Below, piece by piece: positions 1 to 6,792 of a stretch of DNA of 38,447 bases. How positions within the stretch are numbered: position 1 is the first letter of the stretch; the number at the start of each line of letters is the position of its first letter. Source of the stretch: Candidatus Micrarchaeaceae archaeon (GTDB taxonomy: Archaea > Micrarchaeota > Micrarchaeia > Micrarchaeales > Micrarchaeaceae); NCBI GenBank assembly GCA_050013715.1, contig JBEKES010000003.1:1-38447 (forward strand), written 5' to 3'. The translations under genes were made by a program, and so were the position numbers. The notes beneath the pieces are model-generated. The model was not told the origin of the DNA. It was given only the letters and a program-made list of their open reading frames with translations, and did not search any database.

Positions 1-12
1 AGAAAGCTGGAA

Positions 13-261
13 GTGCCAGGGCATGATGAGATTGTAATAGCCAATGTGGATGGAAAATTCTACGCAATGCACGGATTATGTCATCATCAGGGAGGGCCTC
101 TCGCAGAGGGCGAATTAGACAGCAATGTAATAACATGTCCGTGGCACGGCGCAAAATGGGACGTAACTACCGGAAAGCTTGTTGAATTTCCCATAGAACT
201 TGAGGACGAGCCAGTTTACTCTCTAACAATAGAGGGCGATGAATTATTTATAGAATTGTGA
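13..261 (+). CDS. Rieske [2Fe-2S] ferredoxin (probably starts before the window)
   Basis: CxH (LCHHQGGPL) and CxxH (CPWHGAKWD) Rieske motifs; the frame is open to the window edge. Confidence 0.9.
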   Translation: MPGHDEIVIANVDGKFYAMHGLCHHQGGPLAEGELDSNVITCPWHGAKWDVTTGKLVEFPIELEDEPVYSLTIEGDELFIEL

Positions 262-310
262 GTAGCACTATGTTTTTAAAGCTTATCAGATATAGTTCTA
301 ACGTGTTGCA

Positions 311-634
311 ATGGCTGCGAAGAACATTGACGTAAAGATAAGGTACGCATACGTGAGATTAAAAAGGAAAATAGCTGTTTATTTCACTCTATGGTTCCTG
401 GCTTTGCTTGCCGGAGTTAGTCTTATTCTTGACAGCATATTCATAAGCAATACTGCATTTACGCTAAAGCTATGGTCCACTTTCCTTGTATTGTTGCTTG
501 CGGTGAAGCTAGCCTGGGACGCAACAAAGAACATGAGAACCGAATACAGCCAATTCAAGAACGAGACAAAGCAGACAGATGAATCGTTAAGAAGCCTCGA
601 AAAGATAGACGCTAACGACAGTACCTACAAATAA
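311..634 (+). CDS. Small membrane protein (2 TM helices)
   Basis: Two hydrophobic segments and a charged C-terminus; TATA-like TTTTAAAG upstream. Confidence 0.65.
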   Translation: MAAKNIDVKIRYAYVRLKRKIAVYFTLWFLALLAGVSLILDSIFISNTAFTLKLWSTFLVLLLAVKLAWDATKNMRTEYSQFKNETKQTDESLRSLEKIDANDSTYK

Positions 635-736
635 CGAATAACATTAGGATATTCCTATTTCTGACACTTGACAAACCTATAAATATTTGGAAAATCTAAG
701 ATAAATTATAAGTTTTAGATGTTTTAGGGCATTGCA

Positions 737-1423
737 ATGTCTCACACTAACTTGTACATAAAAAGGAATGAAATAGGGGATGTTCCTAGAAAAACTCTTC
801 GCCAAGTAGAGATGATGCACGACCGGTCAAGGCCTTTAGCTCTAAGGCAACTGCCCTATATGTTGAATTATACCAATGAAGAAGAAAAACGAAGAATAGA
901 ACGCGAACTAATAAGGGACCATCTTCTCCGACGCGATACTGAAGTCAAGGGCTCTTTAGAAAGAGTTTTTAAAGTCGCTCTCCTTATGGGAAACATAGCT
1001 GCATTGTACGAACCTTTAGAATTTCCGCCTATTATTCTCAATACAACTACTCTTTTCTATAGGCCAGATTTTCTAATACCCTGCCGCTCGATAAAAGGCA
1101 AACCTATAATTCTTGAACCCCATGATCCAGAAAAGATAACTAGAAACTACCTTAATAAATTGAAAAGTTTTAGGGAAAGATATAATTTGTACATCGTTCT
1201 TGCAACTGCAAAAGATGAGTTGGTAATGCCTGCCAAAGAGGAAAGAATAAGGCAACATGTGGATGATTTTTGGCCTTTGGACATGCGTTCAAGCATAGTA
1301 AAACAGGACGCTGCCCAAAAGATAAGCCTGTTACTGAATAACGCAGAAAGGAGACAGGTATTTGATAGCGGATTGACCCGAATTCTGGAACTGTTGCGCA
1401 ATACTTCTCAAAGTGCAGCTTAG
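737..1423 (+). CDS. Putative PD-(D/E)XK-fold nuclease-like protein
   Basis: YEP..F...YRPDFLI...IILEPH pattern typical of PD-(D/E)XK endonucleases; TATAAATATTTG promoter at ~678-689. Confidence 0.5.
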   Translation: MSHTNLYIKRNEIGDVPRKTLRQVEMMHDRSRPLALRQLPYMLNYTNEEEKRRIERELIRDHLLRRDTEVKGSLERVFKVALLMGNIAALYEPLEFPPIILNTTTLFYRPDFLIPCRSIKGKPIILEPHDPEKITRNYLNKLKSFRERYNLYIVLATAKDELVMPAKEERIRQHVDDFWPLDMRSSIVKQDAAQKISLLLNNAERRQVFDSGLTRILELLRNTSQSAA

Positions 1424-1593
1424 ACGCCGATGGAACTACATGCAGACTGGAAACTCTACTTCAACTCTATCCCTGACCTTCTCATCCCTAAGGAGCGCAT
1501 ATAACTTAGACGCTCCTTTCCTTAGTAAAGGCAATACCTTTTTCTTCGGTACTGTTTTTTTAGGTATGTTTTTCCCCATGGAATCTCTAATAT

Positions 1594-2832
1594 TTATTTA
1601 AGGCTAAAGACTAAACTACCTTGCATTGAATTGTTTGACTGCTTTACAAAGACAAAAGATGGTGCTTTGTCATACTTCCACAGCTTGATCCCAATGCCTC
1701 CTCCATAGTGCATTTCGCCCAGTGTGTCCTTTGTAACATTCTCTGTGAACAGCAGGCCTGTTCTCCTTAATGCAGTTACTCCATATACATCAACGTCATT
1801 ATGTCTTTTATCTGAGGGATTTACATTCCAGGTTAATGAGACGTATTCGCCAACTTCCTTTTCAGGTTTATTTAGGAAGTAAATCTTTGGAGTGGAAGCC
1901 CATTTTGTATTGTCGGAATCTGCAAGTCCTGTTCTTGTGAGGCTTGATGATTCCTTGTACACGAATTGGTCAAGAACCTGCGATGTAAGCGTTCTATCTG
2001 ATAATGAACCCATGCCAAATGTGAGATATGCTTGCGTATAGGCTATTTTTGTATTCGGGTCATATGCAGTCAATAGTCTTGCGAACGGCAGTGAGCCGAA
2101 AGCAGAGTACTTTATCTGCTGTGTGTCTTGTGAATCTACGACAAACGCAAGCAAACGTTTCTCATTATCTGTATAAACCCATCCGCTCCTAATGCCTTTC
2201 CTGTTAACTTCAGAACTGACCGTCTTCTTTTTCTTGCCTACTTTTTCAGTTTCTTTTTGTACTAGTCCGTCGCTGTAGTAGGTTGCAAAAACATTCTCAT
2301 GTTTAAGAAAGTTCAGGTTCACTCCTCCTCCGCCATTTGTATGCCTTTTTACGTCAGAAGTCAAGTATTGTGAGGAAAGATCTCCTAGAAACGAGAATTT
2401 CAAGCTATCTATCGAGAATGCATAAACCTTTCCTTCAACTCCGTAGGAAAATCTTCCAAAATTATCCATATATGTTGTCCTTACCCATGTATCTGTTCCT
2501 TTTGCATATTTAAGTCCAAAATCGTAGCCACTGGTATATGCGTCTTTGGCGCTTATTTTGTCCTGTTTGCCTCCTACAAACCATATGCTCTGGTCGTTGC
2601 CGAAGTTTTTCTGTGCCTTTACGGCCAACTGATTGCTAAAAGCGTTATCAAGCGATTGCGTTGTATTGAAAACGTTTAAACTAATGCCGTTTGAGCCTTG
2701 AGGCTGCTGTGTTGGCTGAGTGGTTGTTTCCTGTGCTCGTAATGCTACAGAGGTTAGCATAAGACCTGCTGCCACTGCTGTTGTGTACACTCCTCTTCTC
2801 AATAAACTATTTTTTCTTTGTTTTGTGCTCAT
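1594..2832 (-). CDS. Secreted, beta-strand-rich protein (beta-barrel-like)
   Basis: Basic N-terminus, hydrophobic signal ending in ALRA-Q, a Q/T linker, then many amphipathic Gly/aromatic strands (YDFGLKYAK, YGVEGKVYAF, GGGGVNLNF, YGGGIGIKLW, GSLVFSLK). Confidence 0.6.
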   Translation of the reverse strand: MSTKQRKNSLLRRGVYTTAVAAGLMLTSVALRAQETTTQPTQQPQGSNGISLNVFNTTQSLDNAFSNQLAVKAQKNFGNDQSIWFVGGKQDKISAKDAYTSGYDFGLKYAKGTDTWVRTTYMDNFGRFSYGVEGKVYAFSIDSLKFSFLGDLSSQYLTSDVKRHTNGGGGVNLNFLKHENVFATYYSDGLVQKETEKVGKKKKTVSSEVNRKGIRSGWVYTDNEKRLLAFVVDSQDTQQIKYSAFGSLPFARLLTAYDPNTKIAYTQAYLTFGMGSLSDRTLTSQVLDQFVYKESSSLTRTGLADSDNTKWASTPKIYFLNKPEKEVGEYVSLTWNVNPSDKRHNDVDVYGVTALRRTGLLFTENVTKDTLGEMHYGGGIGIKLWKYDKAPSFVFVKQSNNSMQGSLVFSLK

Positions 2833-2966
2833 TAAATCACTAACTATATATAATTAATTTAATTATATATAATTACAAAGATATATATAGCATATGGTAT
2901 CTTTTGGGTTATTTTGGTTATCCCAAAAGTATATATATTTGAAAATGCCTAATATCCTGTGATAGA

Positions 2967-3251
2967 ATTGGGATAGCGACAACGAGAAAAAGAGCGGACA
3001 ACACAGATCTCGAACATCTTCTGAGATCTGACCCAGAACGTGCTCTTAACGTTGACATAATTGAAGTATCCCTAAGACTCTACTTCCTTCCGCCAACGTA
3101 TACTGCAATTGCCACAAAAATAAAATACGACTTCCCACGCATATGGCTGGCGATGATTGAATCAGAAAAAATACTTTCGGATCCTGGCCGATACTCAATA
3201 GACAGGGAAGATTTACCTAAAATGCTCAGAAAGCTAACGGACATAAACTAG
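2967..3251 (+). CDS. Unannotated 94-aa ORF with non-canonical (ATT) or mutated start
   Basis: Open frame (I)GIATTRKRADNTDLEHLL...LRKLTDIN*, preceded by a TATA box (~2929-2940) and GTGAT (2959-2963). Its TAG overlaps the stop of the convergent methyltransferase (CTAG). Confidence 0.5.
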   Translation: MGIATTRKRADNTDLEHLLRSDPERALNVDIIEVSLRLYFLPPTYTAIATKIKYDFPRIWLAMIESEKILSDPGRYSIDREDLPKMLRKLTDIN

Positions 3252-4150
3252 TCATGTTTTAGCATTACTGCAATGCTGTAATTTTTAGGGAATTTATCCA
3301 GAAGAGCTAATGATTCTGCGCTTACCATTTCCATATTTAATAATCTCTTATCTAGAAATGGGACTTCCTTTACCAAATGAAAACCAGAGCTTATCTGCTC
3401 TACCTCTTTGCCGGAATCAACAAACCATTTGTGCCGCGGACGCTTATAACTAGGAGCTCTTTCTCTTTTCTCATGGTAAGTATGTATTGTATTGTGAAGT
3501 ATAGTTGCTTCCGGAAAATTATGTGCCATCATTTCAAAGAACATCTTTACTTCATTCGGCTCATAATACCCTAAAATGCCCTCTGCAATGATTAGAGTTG
3601 TTTTGTCTGCATATTTCTTGGCTTTTTTTACCCAACTGCTCTGAAATATTGAACTAGGTATTTGAATTTGAAGTTTCATTGTTCCTGGAGAGAAGGCATT
3701 CCATAAGCTTTCCCTTAATTCTATCATAGCTGGAAGATCTACATCAATCCATGTTGTCCTTTTAGGATCTAGTTTATTGCTTGCAAGCAATCTCTCGTAC
3801 CTTGTGCAAAGCCCGCAACCTAAATTTATGACTAATACTTCACCTTTATTATCTTTGATAAATTTTGCAACAATATCATCTAATACTCGAGTTCGCAAAG
3901 GTGCAAAGATCTGCATAAATGCATTTGCTTCTGCGTCATGATAAACCGGTTTGTATTCTAATGCCCTAAGAAACTTCTGGCCTAACGGATCTTTAATTTC
4001 AGGTTTAACCATTTTACCATAAGTTACCCTGCCGTATACGACACCCAGGGCAGTTTTTGAAAGGTCACTGAGTTTGGCAGAAAGTTCTAGGGCATCATCA
4101 TTTCTAACAAGGGAAGTAAAATGCGTAACTTTTGGTTTTGTAGCTCTCAT
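3248..4150 (-). CDS. Class I SAM-dependent methyltransferase (LCM / TcmP-like O-methyltransferase family)
   Basis: VINLGCGLCTR SAM motif, WIDVDLP and LIIAEGILGY motifs of the leucine-carboxyl-methyltransferase family. Confidence 0.85.
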   Translation of the reverse strand: MRATKPKVTHFTSLVRNDDALELSAKLSDLSKTALGVVYGRVTYGKMVKPEIKDPLGQKFLRALEYKPVYHDAEANAFMQIFAPLRTRVLDDIVAKFIKDNKGEVLVINLGCGLCTRYERLLASNKLDPKRTTWIDVDLPAMIELRESLWNAFSPGTMKLQIQIPSSIFQSSWVKKAKKYADKTTLIIAEGILGYYEPNEVKMFFEMMAHNFPEATILHNTIHTYHEKRERAPSYKRPRHKWFVDSGKEVEQISSGFHLVKEVPFLDKRLLNMEMVSAESLALLDKFPKNYSIAVMLKHD

Positions 4151-4307
4151 TTTATCAGATATATCTCTTTAATAAATATTTATACTTTCTTCAAATCAAT
4201 ATTTTCTTCAGATGTCCATTGCCATGAAAATGAAAAATCCCTGCTATACTGCAACAAGCCCTTTCTAGATAAAGACTACCAGTCCATATTTTTCCATTTC
4301 AAGTTGA

Positions 4308-4385
4308 TTAAATAATACGCCTGCTGCAGCATGTGGGTCCATGAATTTTAAGCAATTCTGCGTCTTTTATAACAACTCTAGGCAT
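4308..4385 (-). pseudogene. Possible degraded hicA toxin remnant
   Basis: MPRVVIKDAELLKI start just after hicB. GGACCCACATGCTG gives a HicA-like G-x-H-M-L after a 1-nt frameshift. Confidence 0.3.
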
Positions 4386-4389
4386 AAAT

Positions 4390-4653
4390 TTACGCCTTGG
4401 CCATAATCGAAACTGGTCTTTTCTTTTGAGGCAATGTATTAAGACTTGCTATTAAAGGTACTGTTAAGGTATCTATTGCATTCTTTGCTTTTTTACCCTT
4501 TAGTTTTAGGTCGTCTTTAACTAGGCTTTCTACGGTGAGAACTATGGCTTCCTTCAAATTTCTTTTCAGATTACTTATACTTCCTATATGCAAGGTTGGA
4601 ATTTCTGCTATATAATAATTGCCTTCTTTCCAGACTTTTATAAATTCTCCCAT
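4390..4653 (-). CDS. HicB-family antitoxin-like protein (possibly degenerate)
   Basis: VWKEGNYYIAEIPTL...LKRNLKEAIVL matches the HicB N-terminal pattern; the usual TQG segment appears shortened. Confidence 0.65.
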   Translation of the reverse strand: MGEFIKVWKEGNYYIAEIPTLHIGSISNLKRNLKEAIVLTVESLVKDDLKLKGKKAKNAIDTLTVPLIASLNTLPQKKRPVSIMAKA

Positions 4654-4695
4654 ATTATTTAGGCTGATAATCTATAATAACTTATTCTTAAGATG

Positions 4696-4807
4696 TGGAC
4701 TCCGCGGGATTTTCCTAATCTTTTGATTAAACTTTTATCAAAAGTTTATTTTGAACCCGCAACCTCTTGCATGCCATGCAAGCGCGCTACCGTTGCGCCA
4801 GGAGCCC
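4696..4807 (-). tRNA. tRNA-Ala(GGC) with 40-nt intron at position 59/60 (intron 4710-4749)
   Basis: Acceptor stem GGGCTCC/GGAGTCC with G3:U70; anticodon arm CTTGC-ATGGCAT-GCAAG; T arm GCGGG-TTCAAA|T-CCCGC interrupted by a hairpin intron forming a relaxed bulge-helix-bulge. CCA not encoded. Confidence 0.93.
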
Positions 4808-4817
4808 GGTTCCTTAA

Positions 4818-5042
4818 TTATGCTGGCGAGACAAAGATTATATTGCCACCACGTAGCAGTATAGTGCCTATTTTTGCCTTGAGTTCACCGTCCTCAAGCT
4901 CTTCTGCGTTTTCTATTACTACATTCATGTGTGCGTCGAAAGATACGATCCTTCCTCTGATGTTTGTGTTTCCCTTCAATCTTATCATAACCTGCTGTCC
5001 TAGGACTTTGTTTAGCAAGTCAAATGGTCTTTCCTGCGTCAT
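4818..5042 (-). CDS. lsm: Sm-like archaeal protein (SmAP/Lsm)
   Basis: ERPFDLLN...GRIVSFDAHMNVVIENAEE...ILLRGGNIIFVSP, the Sm1/Sm2 motifs. Confidence 0.95.
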   Translation of the reverse strand: MTQERPFDLLNKVLGQQVMIRLKGNTNIRGRIVSFDAHMNVVIENAEELEDGELKAKIGTILLRGGNIIFVSPA

Positions 5043-5203
5043 TTACTACACCAATAAAATGATTATTAATAGAGGTTCATCCTTTTATAACTTACAGTCT
5101 AGGAAAAGTAAAATATATACAATCAGATTCTACAGATTGCCTGCAAAACAGCAAATAAAAATACATAAATATCTAATGGGCTGTATAGATTTGTAGGATT
5201 AAC

Positions 5204-5737
5204 ATGCAAATTCAAAAACAACTAAGAAATGCTGCATTATCTGTTGCTGCTAGTGCCATGCTGTTTAATCCGTATAAAACTGAGGCAAAAAAGCTTCCTG
5301 ATCTTAGAGTGCATTCAACTGCAGAACTTTCATGCGAACCAAATGTGATGAAAAATCCTAAAGGGAAAATTGTTGAGGAGCAGATAGATCTTATGATAAG
5401 TCAACTTCCCAACATGAATGGTAAATTGATCAGTGATGATTATGTCAGGGGCATTTTTGTTTTTTCTGTAAGCGAAGGTAAAGGAAATGTTCAGGACCAT
5501 GAAAATAATGCGACCTATAATGTGGACAACAAGCTTAATATTTATACCTGCTTAGTTCCTGATGCATCTTTATGCTCTCTTGAACCCATAAGGACCTATT
5601 GGGTATACAGTAAGGATAAAGACCTGGTGTTCCTGCCAATTGGCTGGCAAACTAATGCAGAGAGACCAGATGCTCTCCTATTAAAATTAAAAGAATCTTC
5701 AAAAATCAGCATTGGGGTTGGAAAACTTCCTGAATAG
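5204..5737 (+). CDS. Hypothetical secreted protein
   Basis: N-terminal signal-like segment; 177-aa ORF with TATA upstream; convergent with rpoA2. Confidence 0.65.
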   Translation: MQIQKQLRNAALSVAASAMLFNPYKTEAKKLPDLRVHSTAELSCEPNVMKNPKGKIVEEQIDLMISQLPNMNGKLISDDYVRGIFVFSVSEGKGNVQDHENNATYNVDNKLNIYTCLVPDASLCSLEPIRTYWVYSKDKDLVFLPIGWQTNAERPDALLLKLKESSKISIGVGKLPE

Positions 5738-5747
5738 AGGGAAGTAA

Positions 5748-6788
5748 TTACTTCAGTTTCTTGATGTTTTCCTTCTTTACCGTAAGCTTTATTCTTCCGG
5801 TGCCTAATCCTATCTGCTTACCTATCAGAATGTTTTCGGCAACGCCCTTCAATTGGTCTTTTTCGCCGAATACACCAGCATTTATGAAGTGCTTTACTGT
5901 TTCTTCATAGGCTGCTCTTGCAAGCACTGAGTCCTTGTCCCCTGCAATTCCGTGCCTTCCTGCGCTCCTTATCTCGCCAGTATAGGTCATCGCATCGGCT
6001 AACAAGCCAACGTGCCTGAAGCTTACGGTAATTCCTTCATCTTTTATTGTGGCCATTAACTCATTTGCAAGCAAATTCCTTGATGCTTCTATTCCATAGA
6101 TTCTTGCAACTTCGAATTGATCGTTTGAATAGCTGTCCCAGATGTCAACGCCCTCCAGTTTCATTACCTCTTCCATGTTGCTTCCAGCAGTTGTTATGTA
6201 GAATGCACCCTCATCATTTTGCTGTATAAGCGCTTTTGTGATTCCTGGTATTCCTATTATTGCAGAATTGAGCACATGAACGAAAGTTGTCCTGATTCCT
6301 TTTATGTTTTCTTTCTTCTTTGCCTTTATCCTAATTGAATTGCCTTCTAATTCAGCACCTATGTCCTCTCTTTTTGAAAGTTTCGATGCTATTGCGCGTC
6401 CTGTTATCTCATAGAATGAGAGCTTTTCAGGATCCAAATGAAGCACAAGCGTGCCTCCCCTGAAATTCTCGTCAAAGCTTGATATTACACTTGAAACTTT
6501 TACCTCTTCCATCTTTCTCCATATCTCCCTTGCCTTTTCGTAGTTCTTTCCTACATTTTTCTCAAGGTTAATTATCATTGATGGGAATTTCGGCCTCTTT
6601 CTTGCATCTACCAGTTCGATAATTCGCGGCAATCCCCTGGTTGCTATTACCGATGTGATACCTGCAGCGTGGAATGTCCTAAGCATCATCTGGGTGCTTG
6701 GCTCTCCAATGCTTTGCGCTGCAACTGTGCCTGCTGCTTCTCCTGGCATTACGTTTCTGTTGCGTTTATCGTTTTTATCCTTTGCCAT
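5748..6788 (-). CDS. rpoA2: DNA-directed RNA polymerase subunit A'' (Rpo1C)
   Basis: PGEAAGTVAAQSIGEPSTQMMLRTFH, GLPRIIEL, ARAAYEETVKH, GVAENILIG. Confidence 0.97.
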   Translation of the reverse strand: MAKDKNDKRNRNVMPGEAAGTVAAQSIGEPSTQMMLRTFHAAGITSVIATRGLPRIIELVDARKRPKFPSMIINLEKNVGKNYEKAREIWRKMEEVKVSSVISSFDENFRGGTLVLHLDPEKLSFYEITGRAIASKLSKREDIGAELEGNSIRIKAKKKENIKGIRTTFVHVLNSAIIGIPGITKALIQQNDEGAFYITTAGSNMEEVMKLEGVDIWDSYSNDQFEVARIYGIEASRNLLANELMATIKDEGITVSFRHVGLLADAMTYTGEIRSAGRHGIAGDKDSVLARAAYEETVKHFINAGVFGEKDQLKGVAENILIGKQIGLGTGRIKLTVKKENIKKLK

Positions 6789-6792
6789 AATA

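Noticed and set aside
1436..1579. 47-aa minus-strand ORF MGKNIPKK... containing an 8-bp hairpin
   Set aside because: Too short, with no recognisable motif; cannot be supported.
2844..2872. AT palindrome TATATATAATTA-TAATTATATATA
   Set aside because: Explained by AT-rich divergent promoter sequence.
4693..5196. 167-aa plus-strand ORF
   Set aside because: Antisense shadow over tRNA-Ala and lsm.
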